From Nevskiaceae bacterium (GTDB lineage Bacteria > Pseudomonadota > Gammaproteobacteria > Steroidobacterales > Steroidobacteraceae), in contig VEQP01000007.1 of NCBI GenBank assembly GCA_018883185.1, forward strand, positions 11,199 through 75,198: a stretch of DNA of 64,000 bases, in the 5' to 3' direction. Shown here one piece after another: positions 37,270 through 47,979 of this stretch (the stretch's first letter is position 1; every line of letters starts with the position of its first letter). Position numbers and translations under genes: made by a program. The notes under the pieces are model-generated. The model saw only the letters and a list, made by a program, of their open reading frames with translations, searched no databases and was not told where the DNA came from.

Positions 37270-38172
37270 ATGCTTAGCGCCATTCTGGCGGTCACGCTCG
37301 TCGTGGCCGACCTCGCAACAGTAGAAAAGGCCTATGTCGAGTGGCTGGGATATCGCGTCATCGAACGTGGCGTACTCAGCGCCGAGCAAGCGGCTGTGTG
37401 GGACGCGCCGGCCGCCGCGGGGAGCCGGCTCGTCGTTCTGCAGCCGGCAAGCGGCGCGCAAACCTACCTGCGACTGATCGAACGACCCGCAACGCCCGGG
37501 TTTCGCGCCATGGCGACCCATGGCTGGAACTCCAACGAGATCCTGGTCGAAGACCCCGGTGCCTTGGAGCGCCGCTTCGATGCAGCGAACTCGCCATTCC
37601 GGGTGGTCGGCCCGACAGCGCCGCTCGGCTCCAACAGTTCCGTCATTGCCATGCAAGCCATTGGCCCGGGCGGTGAACTCAACTATTTCACGCGCATCCC
37701 GCCGACGGGAGGCACGTTCATCAAGACACCCGCCCAAAGCCCGGTGGATCGCACGTTCATCGTGGTACTCGGCGGTCCATCCATGGATGATCTACGGCGC
37801 TTCTACGCAGAAGTGCTTGCCATGAAACCCACAGAGCCCTACTCGTCCACGGTCAATGTGTTGCAAGATGCACTGAACCTGTCGAGCGATACGCGTACGC
37901 GGATTGCGCTCGTGCCGATCTCACCGGGTTTTCTCATCGAACTCGACGAGTATCCGCCCGTCACCGTGCCGCGGCCGCGACGGAGCGGGGATCTACCACC
38001 TGGAATGGCGATGGTCAGTTTCGCCAGTGGCCCATTCGCGGCCCGTGCCCTGCCGTGGGTCGAGCCACCCACCGCGGGATCGGCGTCGGTGATTTATTCC
38101 GGTCGACGCGCAGGTGTCGTACGCGGCGCCGCGGGTGAGTGGATCGAACTCGTCGAGACGACCGACAAGTAA
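37270..38172 (+). CDS. Two-domain VOC/glyoxalase-superfamily protein (paralogue 2)
   Basis: 300 aa. AGGAG SD. Colinear with 6116-7009 (for example FIVVLGGPS, GEWIELVE). Confidence 0.6.
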   Translation: MLSAILAVTLVVADLATVEKAYVEWLGYRVIERGVLSAEQAAVWDAPAAAGSRLVVLQPASGAQTYLRLIERPATPGFRAMATHGWNSNEILVEDPGALERRFDAANSPFRVVGPTAPLGSNSSVIAMQAIGPGGELNYFTRIPPTGGTFIKTPAQSPVDRTFIVVLGGPSMDDLRRFYAEVLAMKPTEPYSSTVNVLQDALNLSSDTRTRIALVPISPGFLIELDEYPPVTVPRPRRSGDLPPGMAMVSFASGPFAARALPWVEPPTAGSASVIYSGRRAGVVRGAAGEWIELVETTDK

Positions 38173-39731
38173 CGATTGAGATGCAGTCCGCGCGGGTTGT
38201 CGACCCAACCCTGCACCCGCGGTGAAATCAAACGCCGGCTGACATACACGTGCACAGGGGCGATCGGCTGCTCGCGCATCGCTAGGCTTTCAGCCTCGCG
38301 CATGAACTCGGCTCTTGCGAGGAGATCTACCGTCGAGTCAGCCTTATCCAGCCATTGCTGATACTGCCGGCTGGCATACCCAGAGATGTTCAGCGAGCTC
38401 GAGCGCGCATCGAGCAACCGGAGAAATGAAATCGCGTCGCGATCCTCACCGTACCACGCGCCGCGGGCGACATCGAAGTCACCCTGTGCCACCGCCACTT
38501 GGTGCGCCTTCAACTCCGCGCCAATCAATTCCGTACGCACGCCGAGGGGCTGCCACATCGCGCTGATGGCGAGCGCGAGCCGACGCTGGGTATCGGAATT
38601 GTTGACTCTGAATCGCAAGCGCAAAGGCTGCTTCGGCCCAAAGCCTGCCTCCTGCAACAGTCGCCGCGCCTCGGCAACACGGGCGCTCACGCTAAGGGTC
38701 GCGAAATCGGCACAGCCGCGGCGCGGATAGTTGATCACGCCCTCGGGAACGACACAGTAGGCCGGCGGCTCGCCTGCGCGCATCACCCGCTGTACGAGCC
38801 TATCGCGATCGATCGCCATCGACAGCGCGCGTCGGACCCGCACATCGGCGGTCGCTCCTCGGCGCGTATTGAAGGCGAGATACTCGAGACCAATCTGGCG
38901 CACGAGCCGAAGCTGCGACCCGTAGCTGGCCTTGAGCTCAGCCAACTGCTCCGAAGGCAAAGTTACGAGCACGTCGAGCTCGCCCGCCCGATAACGCGTT
39001 AGCGCCGTCTTCGGATCCTCGATCGGCACGTGGTAAATCGAATCGAGACGGACACTCGCCGCCTCGTGAAAGCGCGGATTGCGATCTAGGCGCACGTGAC
39101 TGCCGGGTCGCCACTCGCGAAATACGAACGCGCCGTTCGAGACGATGTGCTCGGGCCGTGTCCATTGCTTGCCGTGCTTCTCGATCACGTGTCTTGGCAC
39201 GGGGAACGCCCGGTGCACCAACAGGTCGGTCAGATAGGGGGCCGGGTGCTCGAGATCAATGATGACCGTCATGGGGTTTGGCGCGCTGACACCGAGTGCC
39301 GTGACAGGCAACTTGCCCGAATTCACGGCCCGACCATTACGGATCACGTACAGCAAGGAGACAGCGGGCGCCGCCGTCTTGGGATCAAACAGGCGCCTGA
39401 ATGACCACAGAAAATCTTCGCTCGTCAGCACTCGACCATCAGACCATCGCAGGTTGTCGCGTAAGGTGAACGTATATCGCTTGCCATCCGCTGACACCGT
39501 CCACGAACGCGCCTGTCCAGGAATCGTATTCGCCGCCGGATCTAGAGTGGTCAGGCCTTGGAATAAATCCTGCGCGATGTTCCCGTCTTGACCGTAGGTC
39601 CAAGTTTGTGGGTCGAGTGTCTGGAGCTCCCCCGTCGAGGTCCGCCGAACCACGACGTTCGATTCAGCGGTCGCTCCCAAACTGAGCGACAAAACAATCA
39701 CGCCCGCCCAGAGGGCGAGCCGACAGATCAT
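38094..39731 (-). CDS. ABC transporter substrate-binding protein, family 5 (peptide/nickel/opine type)
   Basis: ATG 39731 (ATGA overlap with the upstream gene). Signal peptide MICRLALWAGVIVLSLSLGATAES. SBP_bac_5-like blocks (LRWSDG, YVSRRLISPRVQGW). Confidence 0.8.
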   Translation of the reverse strand: MICRLALWAGVIVLSLSLGATAESNVVVRRTSTGELQTLDPQTWTYGQDGNIAQDLFQGLTTLDPAANTIPGQARSWTVSADGKRYTFTLRDNLRWSDGRVLTSEDFLWSFRRLFDPKTAAPAVSLLYVIRNGRAVNSGKLPVTALGVSAPNPMTVIIDLEHPAPYLTDLLVHRAFPVPRHVIEKHGKQWTRPEHIVSNGAFVFREWRPGSHVRLDRNPRFHEAASVRLDSIYHVPIEDPKTALTRYRAGELDVLVTLPSEQLAELKASYGSQLRLVRQIGLEYLAFNTRRGATADVRVRRALSMAIDRDRLVQRVMRAGEPPAYCVVPEGVINYPRRGCADFATLSVSARVAEARRLLQEAGFGPKQPLRLRFRVNNSDTQRRLALAISAMWQPLGVRTELIGAELKAHQVAVAQGDFDVARGAWYGEDRDAISFLRLLDARSSSLNISGYASRQYQQWLDKADSTVDLLARAEFMREAESLAMREQPIAPVHVYVSRRLISPRVQGWVDNPRGLHLNRYLSVVSTSSIHSPAAPRTTPARRPE

Positions 39732-40489
39732 TCTTTGGGCTCGTGGCATTCGTACTCGACCAACTCGTATCGCGTCATCATGTAGCCGGTCACGTAAGCC
39801 AGCAAACACACGCGGTCGCCATCATCCGTGCACCATAGATCGTATGGCGGGTGTTTGCCGGGTTCATTGCGGGTCTCGCCTGAACCATCGTCGGTGCTCT
39901 CGGCGAAGCGGTAGTGCAAAGCATCGAAGGTGCCGGCCGTCACCGTAATTCGCTCGCGACCGATGAACGCCAGCTTCACCGGATTGGCAAACTTCATCAG
40001 CATCGGGCCGCTCGCACCCCGATGATCGAGCGAGCACATCAGCAGATTGTCGTACTCACCCCGAGTGGGCCCTGAGGAAATATCAACCATGTTGGTAAGC
40101 CATGAGTCGGCTTGGATCGGATGAGTGCCGAAGCCATCGAGTGGGCGCGACAATGCCCAGCGTTGGGACAGGCGCCCCTCGGCGAGCGTATAGCCCTCGC
40201 ATTCAGCCTCGGTATCAGTGAAACGGAACCAGCTCGAACCCATGAACCGATCACCGACGGACAAGCGCACGAAACAATCGGTCGGACGCCAATCGGCACC
40301 CAGGCTGAGCGTCACGTCGCGCTGCACGTTCGGGGCATCGTCGATTTCGGTGTAAGCGCGCAACGTACGCCGCCCGTCCGCGGCCACGCTTATGGTGAAA
40401 CGCTCACGACCACGCTCGGCGCCCTCCCGGCCCGGCTTATCGCTCGTGTAACGCAATGTTCCCCTGACTCGACGATGCGGGATGGGCAT
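39728..40489 (-). CDS. Hypothetical cytoplasmic protein
   Basis: ATG 40489, 2 nt after the GST stop. 253 aa, beta-rich, with no signal peptide and no recognised motif. Translationally coupled to the SBP gene. Confidence 0.5.
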   Translation of the reverse strand: MPIPHRRVRGTLRYTSDKPGREGAERGRERFTISVAADGRRTLRAYTEIDDAPNVQRDVTLSLGADWRPTDCFVRLSVGDRFMGSSWFRFTDTEAECEGYTLAEGRLSQRWALSRPLDGFGTHPIQADSWLTNMVDISSGPTRGEYDNLLMCSLDHRGASGPMLMKFANPVKLAFIGRERITVTAGTFDALHYRFAESTDDGSGETRNEPGKHPPYDLWCTDDGDRVCLLAYVTGYMMTRYELVEYECHEPKE

Positions 40490-40491
40490 GA

Positions 40492-41127
40492 TCACTCCAC
40501 GAGCAGCAATGGTTGGCGGTACATCTTTTTCCGAGCCATCGGTACAAACCACCCGGCAAGCTGGGGTCGGTTCGCGAACAGATCGATCGCTGGGTCAACG
40601 CCAATCAAGGCCTTGGAGGTCGCTACCCACTTCAAGCGCAAAAACTGCAGCGCACCGACCGTGCGCATCTGGCCGATGTCGAGGCGGTCGTACCCGGGCA
40701 CATCACGCTCGAGTTGATCGAGTATGGCCATGATCTTGCCGACCAAACGGGCAATGTATACGGGGCGCTGTTCGGTCTGCGGCAACCAGGACTCGATGAT
40801 CAAAAGCACAAAGGTGTCGAACAGACCATCAGCCATCCAAGCCTGACGCAAGGTCCGCCAGCGCTGCGGCCCTTTGGCCGGGAAAAGCCGACGGCGTCGG
40901 TGTAAAGAATCCAGATACTCATAAATGACCGGACCACCCGCGAGGTACTCGCCCGTATCGAGCACGAGCGTCGGAACCTTACCAAGCGGATTGATCGCCG
41001 CAAGCGGCGTGCCGGTATCGAACGGCTTCGTCGGAATGAGTTCGATCTGCGACTCCAGACCAGCGTAGCGGATCACGGCCTCGACCGTGTGCACGTAACC
41101 CTTGATCGGCGTGTAATACAACTTCAT
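40492..41127 (-). CDS. Glutathione S-transferase family protein
   Basis: ATG 41127 (GGGAG SD) gives MKLYYTPIKGYVHTVEAV...INPLGKVPTLVL, the thioredoxin-like GST N-domain. Confidence 0.7.
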   Translation of the reverse strand: MKLYYTPIKGYVHTVEAVIRYAGLESQIELIPTKPFDTGTPLAAINPLGKVPTLVLDTGEYLAGGPVIYEYLDSLHRRRRLFPAKGPQRWRTLRQAWMADGLFDTFVLLIIESWLPQTEQRPVYIARLVGKIMAILDQLERDVPGYDRLDIGQMRTVGALQFLRLKWVATSKALIGVDPAIDLFANRPQLAGWFVPMARKKMYRQPLLLVE

Positions 41128-41137
41128 CGCAACTCCC

Positions 41138-41173
41138 AAAAAAAAGAGGGTTGCGACTTAGATCGCAACCCTC
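41138..41173 (-). terminator. Rho-independent terminator after the TonB-dependent receptor
   Basis: On the minus strand, an 11-bp stem GAGGGTTGCGA/TCGCAACCCTC (41146-41156 / 41163-41173) is followed by 8 U (41138-41145). The U-tract ends 10 nt before the next ATG. Confidence 0.8.
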
Positions 41174-41209
41174 TTACGTATCGTCAACAGAATTTCGTCT
41201 GCAATCGAC

Positions 41210-43828
41210 TCAGAACTTGTACGCGAGTCGGATACCGTACTGACGCGGCATGTTCGGCGTCACGGCGACGCCCTGATACGTGGTCAGCTGGCCGAGTGTC
41301 GGGGCTGAGTCGAAGTCCGTCCAGCGGGCGCAGGCCGCCCAGCTGTCGTCATCAAACACATTCTTGACGAAGCCTTCGATGCGCAGATTGTCTTTCTCGC
41401 CGCCGATGCGGACGTTGGTGAGCGAGTACGCCTTGCAATAGGCGAGATTGCTCTCGTCGACGAAGGTCTTGCCCGTGTAGCTGACATCCGTGTTGGCAAA
41501 CCAGTTCCAGCCCGTGTTGCGCAGCGCGGCGTTGTAGCCGACCGAGACGCTGCCCGACCACTCGGGGAAACGCGCATTCGAGTTGCCCTTCATTTGCTGG
41601 AAGCCGGCGATCGGCACCACGAAGTTGAAGACGAAGTCGTCGTACTCGCTCTGTGCCCAGGTGGCCATGGCGCGGATATCCCAGTTCTCGGTCAGGCGCG
41701 CCTGACCTTCAAACTCGATACCCTTGAGCGTCGAGTTGCCGCCCACGTTGGCGTTGCGCGTGTTCGTGAACGGTAGACCCGTCGCGCTGACAGCTGGCTG
41801 GCCATTGGCACCATTCAAGCAGCCGTTGGCGGCCGTGGCACCGGTGACACCACCGTGCGCGAAGCTGCCGCAGTCTTCCTGGATCACGAACGCGGAACGA
41901 CCCTTCTGGTTCTTCCACTCCGCCCAATACGCCGCAACGTTGATCTGTGCGCGGCGATCCCAGAACTGCTGCTTCCAGCCGAGCTCGACCATGTCGAGCT
42001 CGTCACCGGCTACCGTCTCAGGCACATCCGGCGCGGCCACGCACTGCGGCAGAGTGGGGCTCGCGATGCAGGGGAAGCCACCAGCGTCGTACTGCGTCTT
42101 CTCACGCGCCGTGGCGCGGGCCACTTCGGCGTTGATCGAAGGCGGCAGGAAGCCCTTCGCGTAACTCACGTAGAGGTTGGTCTCGTCGTTCGGTGTCCAG
42201 CGCAGAATCGCACGCGGCGAGGTCTGCGTTTCCTCGACCTTAAAGGGCGCGGTCGTCAGGATGGCCTTCTGCGTCTCGTCTTTCGAGTAGCGCGCCTCGA
42301 CGCTCGCGGTGATCGTATCGGTGACGTCGTAGCTCACCGCCGCGAAGATGCCCTGCGTCTTCACCTTGTCGGTGTTCTGCGCCGCCGAGTTCGGCGTGAA
42401 GAAGAAGCTGCCCGCATTACCCGTTCGACCGCAGGTCGAACCCACCGGACGAGCCGGACCGAAGTCGGCACACAACCACACCGCATCGCCGCCCGAGCCC
42501 GACTGCAGAAAGGTCTGATCGTACTGGTTGACGCCAACGAGGAAGCGGAACTTCTGATCCTGCGGCGAGGTGAGCCGCAGTTCGTAGCTCTTGTCTTCGG
42601 AGTCCTGCGGGTCACGCGACCACCAAAGGCCACGGGGCGTGAGACCGAAGGGACGGATCCAGTTGGCCTTCAGTTCGTTGATGCCCGCCTGGAAGGCGAC
42701 TTGGTAGCCGCCCGCAAAATCGTAGGTGCTCGACAACGAGTACCGCGTCACCGTGCGGTACAGACCGATGTGGTCGATACGCGGCACGTCGAACACCGCC
42801 GGCAACGCCCGATTGACGATGTTGTCGAGGATGTAATTCGGTTGACCGTTGATCGCCGCCTGCGGCACGTAGAACGTGGTCGGCGTGTCGATGATGTTCT
42901 TGCCGCCGGTGAACGAGATCGCTTGACCGAGCTCGGGTACCGCACCGCAGATATAGTTCTGCGGCTTGGCGTTGGGGAACAGCGGATCGGCTGTGGCGAT
43001 GGTCTTGCCGGTGCAGGTGTCATTGCGCCAGCCCTGCACGATGCCGCCCATGATCGGACCGTCATCGTCAATCGCATGGAACGCGCGGAACTTGACGTTC
43101 CATGCGTCGGTGGCCTGCAAGTTCAGCGTAAGGTTGACCGACTGGCTGCTCTCTTCGCCAAGGCCACCACCGTCCGTGGCGCGGAAAACGGCACCACGGT
43201 TGTACAGGCGACCGCCGATGCGGAAAGAGAGCTTGTCGTTGATGATCGGGCCTTCAAAGCTCGCCGACACATCCGTTTCGCTGTTGTTGGAGGCTAAGGC
43301 ATTGAGCTTGCCGGAGAACTCCGTCAGCGACGGCGTGCGGGTGATGTAATTGATGGCGCCGCCGAAGGTGCTGCGACCGTAGGTCGCCGACTGCGGACCC
43401 TTGATGACTTCGATGCGCTCGACGTCATCGTACGGAATCGACTGCGTGCCACCGAGCACGTAGACGCCGTCAATGAACAGCGAACCCAGCTGCAGCGAAG
43501 GGCTGTCAGAGTTGACGTTCATGCCACGGAAGCGGATCGCGGAGGTGTAGCGACCCGGGATCTGGCCGCCCTGCTGCGAGTACTGCACACCCGGTGCGCT
43601 GCGCGCGACGTCTTCGAGGGTCGTGAAACCCTTCTTCTCGATGTCGTCTGCCGAAAAGGCCGTGATCGACAGCGGTGCCTCGATCAAACGCTCCTCGGTT
43701 TTTCGCGCCGTAACGGTGATTTCTTCGAGCATGAGCGCATTGTCGGCATTTTGCGCGACCGACGCGTTCATCGACAGCACCGTAGCGACCGCAGCCGCAA
43801 CCGTGCAAGTAAAGGGTTTCACAGACAT
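41210..43828 (-). CDS. TonB-dependent outer-membrane receptor
   Basis: 872 aa. Signal peptide, plug-domain blocks (ITVTARK, IEVIKGPQSATYG) and a C-terminal beta-barrel ending in ...RLAYKF with a terminal aromatic residue. Confidence 0.92.
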   Translation of the reverse strand: MSVKPFTCTVAAAVATVLSMNASVAQNADNALMLEEITVTARKTEERLIEAPLSITAFSADDIEKKGFTTLEDVARSAPGVQYSQQGGQIPGRYTSAIRFRGMNVNSDSPSLQLGSLFIDGVYVLGGTQSIPYDDVERIEVIKGPQSATYGRSTFGGAINYITRTPSLTEFSGKLNALASNNSETDVSASFEGPIINDKLSFRIGGRLYNRGAVFRATDGGGLGEESSQSVNLTLNLQATDAWNVKFRAFHAIDDDGPIMGGIVQGWRNDTCTGKTIATADPLFPNAKPQNYICGAVPELGQAISFTGGKNIIDTPTTFYVPQAAINGQPNYILDNIVNRALPAVFDVPRIDHIGLYRTVTRYSLSSTYDFAGGYQVAFQAGINELKANWIRPFGLTPRGLWWSRDPQDSEDKSYELRLTSPQDQKFRFLVGVNQYDQTFLQSGSGGDAVWLCADFGPARPVGSTCGRTGNAGSFFFTPNSAAQNTDKVKTQGIFAAVSYDVTDTITASVEARYSKDETQKAILTTAPFKVEETQTSPRAILRWTPNDETNLYVSYAKGFLPPSINAEVARATAREKTQYDAGGFPCIASPTLPQCVAAPDVPETVAGDELDMVELGWKQQFWDRRAQINVAAYWAEWKNQKGRSAFVIQEDCGSFAHGGVTGATAANGCLNGANGQPAVSATGLPFTNTRNANVGGNSTLKGIEFEGQARLTENWDIRAMATWAQSEYDDFVFNFVVPIAGFQQMKGNSNARFPEWSGSVSVGYNAALRNTGWNWFANTDVSYTGKTFVDESNLAYCKAYSLTNVRIGGEKDNLRIEGFVKNVFDDDSWAACARWTDFDSAPTLGQLTTYQGVAVTPNMPRQYGIRLAYKF

Positions 43829-43844
43829 GGGGTTCCCTCAGAGT

Positions 43845-43874
43845 AAAAAGGCACGCCTCGAATCCGGAGGCGTG
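43845..43874 (-). terminator. Terminator-like hairpin between the small S3 gene and the TonB-dependent receptor
   Basis: On the minus strand, an 8-bp stem CACGCCTC/GAGGCGTG (43852-43859 / 43867-43874) is followed by CC then 5 U. The U-tract ends 16 nt before the receptor ATG. Confidence 0.5.
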
Positions 43875-43905
43875 GCGGCGTTTTAAACGTTATATATGCA
43901 GGATG

Positions 43906-44232
43906 TCAACGCTGTTGCGCCGGCGAGACAAGTCCATCCAGCACCTGAAACACCCGTTCGATCAGCGCCTCGCGCGCCTCAAGCCGCGCCTGCAACGACA
44001 TCTCCGAGGGCTCGTGGGCCTCGACCGCGTCGGCTCGCAGCACTTTGGCCTTCGCCAGCAGCTCCTCGAGTGTGCGAACCCGTTCATGCAACGTGGATAC
44101 TTCGCTCGTCAACGCCGTGACAATGGCAAACAGCTCATCGACGCCATCGGCGGTGTAGAAGCGCGCCCGTGGGCCTTTGGCCTGCCGCAGCATCCGCACC
44201 GATGGCGACTTTGTTGCCACCTTGCGGGCCAT
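43906..44232 (-). CDS. Small coiled-coil protein, unrecognised family (copy S3)
   Basis: 108 aa. Core is RFYTADGVDELFAIVTALTSEVSTLHERVRTLEELL, homologous to S1 and S2. The ATG overlaps the SDR stop by 1 nt (TGATG). Confidence 0.6.
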   Translation of the reverse strand: MARKVATKSPSVRMLRQAKGPRARFYTADGVDELFAIVTALTSEVSTLHERVRTLEELLAKAKVLRADAVEAHEPSEMSLQARLEAREALIERVFQVLDGLVSPAQQR

Positions 44233-45064
44233 CAGTGCACCTCCTGACCGCCCGATACGTTCATCGCCTCACCGGTCACGTAGTCCGCCTCGGCGGAGCA
44301 CAAAAACGCGCAGGCCTTGGCCGTGTCATCCGCAAGACCAACTCGCCCAAGCGGAATCCGACCGCGCATTTCGGCCAGATACGCCTCGACGGTCTGCCCG
44401 CGTTGTTGTGCGCGATAGGCGTTTTGCACCGCGCCGAGTTGTGTCGTCACGTGGTTAGGACAAACGGCATTCACCGTGATGCGGTGCGCGCCGAGTTCGA
44501 GCGCCGCGCTGCGCGTCAAGCCGATCATGCCGTGCTTGGATGAGGAATATGCCGCCAAGTGCAACGAGCCGGATTTGGCCGCCACGCTCGCGATGTTGAT
44601 GATGCGCCCGCCCCGCCCCTGCAAAATCATCTGGCGCGCGGCCTGCTGCGTGCAAACAAATGCGCCCGTGAGGTTCACGCCGATCACCGTGTTCCACCGC
44701 TCTAATGGCATGTCGACGAGCGGTTCCATCATGAAGCCGACCCCCGCGTTGTTGACGAGAATATCAAGGCCACCGAATTCCCGAACCGCCATGGCCACCG
44801 CGGCCTCAGCCTGCGAGGCATCGCGCACGTCAAGCTCACACGCCACCGCCTGCGCCCCGGACTCCCGTAGCCCGTGCACCACGGCATCAAGTTCGGCGCG
44901 ATTGCCGACACGGTCGGCGGGCAACACGCCACCCGCACCCGCCACATCCGACACGACCACACGCGCCCCTTCGCGGGCCAGTCGGGCGCAAATAGCTTCC
45001 CCTAAACCGCCACGGCGACCCGCGCCCGTGACGAGCGCGACTTTGCCGCGCAGACGCTCGCCGA

Positions 45065-45068
<4 letters not shown>
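44232..45068 (-). CDS. Short-chain dehydrogenase/reductase
   Basis: 278 aa. TGAGRRGGLGEAI, NNAG and YSSSKHG motifs. ATGA overlap with the upstream ATPase gene. Confidence 0.85.
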
Positions 45069-47079
<2,011 letters not shown>

Positions 47080-47088
47080 GCGAACTGC

Positions 47089-47979
47089 CTATCGATCACG
47101 CGGGTCAAGCGCATCGCGCAAGCCATCGCCGAGGAAATTGAAACACGTGAGTAGCGTCACAAGAAATCCGGCCGGCACCAACAGCATCCACACCGCCGAC
47201 TCCATTTCTTGCGCTCCTTCGTTAATTAGACTGCCAAGGCTCGCCTGCGGTTCCTGCACTCCAAGACCAAGGAAAGACAAGAAACTCTCGAATAAAATCA
47301 TCTGCGGGATCGTCAACGTCGCGTAGATGATCACCGGCCCTATGACGTTCGGCACGATATGCCGCGCCAGGATGCCAGGCGTGCCGACCCCGCTCGCGAG
47401 TGCCGCCTCAATGAACTCTTTGCGCTTGAGCGATAGGGTCTGACCGCGCACGATGCGCGCCATGGTTAGCCAGCCCACGGCGCCGATCGCCAGGAACAGG
47501 ACGTAGATGTTGCCGCGCTCGAACAGCGTGGAAAGAATGATGACGATGAAAATATAGGGCAGCGAATAGAGGATATCGACGAACCGCATCATGAGGTTGT
47601 CGATCTTGCCGCCGAGATAGCCCGCCGTAGCGCCAAAGGCGACGCCAATGCATAGCGACACCAGCGTCGCCAGAAGACCGATTTGCAAAGAAATTTGCAC
47701 TCCCGCCAACGTGCGCACGAACAGATCGCGACCCAGCCGATCTGTGCCAAGCCAGTGATCGTTCGGCCCGCCGGGTGGCACGGCCATGTTGTCCCAATCG
47801 ATGGCATCGAAAGCGTGAGGTGAGAACGCAGGACCAATGAACGCCAATAGCGCAATGAGGATGATGAGTGAGGCCGCTACCATCGCCGCTTTATTGCGCC
47901 GCAAACGCCGCCAGGCATCGGCCCAGAATCCCCGTGCCGCCCCCGCTGGCAATGCCGCCGCCATGGCCTCGTCAGTCAT
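47089..47979 (-). CDS. ABC transporter permease (DppC/OppC-like)
   Basis: ATG 47979 (8-nt overlap with the upstream permease). Contains the EAA-loop region FIEAALASGVG. Confidence 0.85.
   Translation of the reverse strand: MTDEAMAAALPAGAARGFWADAWRRLRRNKAAMVAASLIILIALLAFIGPAFSPHAFDAIDWDNMAVPPGGPNDHWLGTDRLGRDLFVRTLAGVQISLQIGLLATLVSLCIGVAFGATAGYLGGKIDNLMMRFVDILYSLPYIFIVIILSTLFERGNIYVLFLAIGAVGWLTMARIVRGQTLSLKRKEFIEAALASGVGTPGILARHIVPNVIGPVIIYATLTIPQMILFESFLSFLGLGVQEPQASLGSLINEGAQEMESAVWMLLVPAGFLVTLLTCFNFLGDGLRDALDPRDR

Noticed and set aside
41855-43297. 480-aa ORF on the plus strand, antisense to the TonB-dependent receptor.
   Set aside because: It is an antisense shadow ORF with Arg-rich composition, and the receptor call on the other strand is unambiguous.
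43829-43905. Possible riboswitch or Fur-type regulatory leader upstream of the TonB-dependent receptor.
   Set aside because: The gap is only 77 nt, which is too short for the known receptor-associated riboswitches. I could not recognise a Fur-box-like palindrome. I kept only the hairpin observation.
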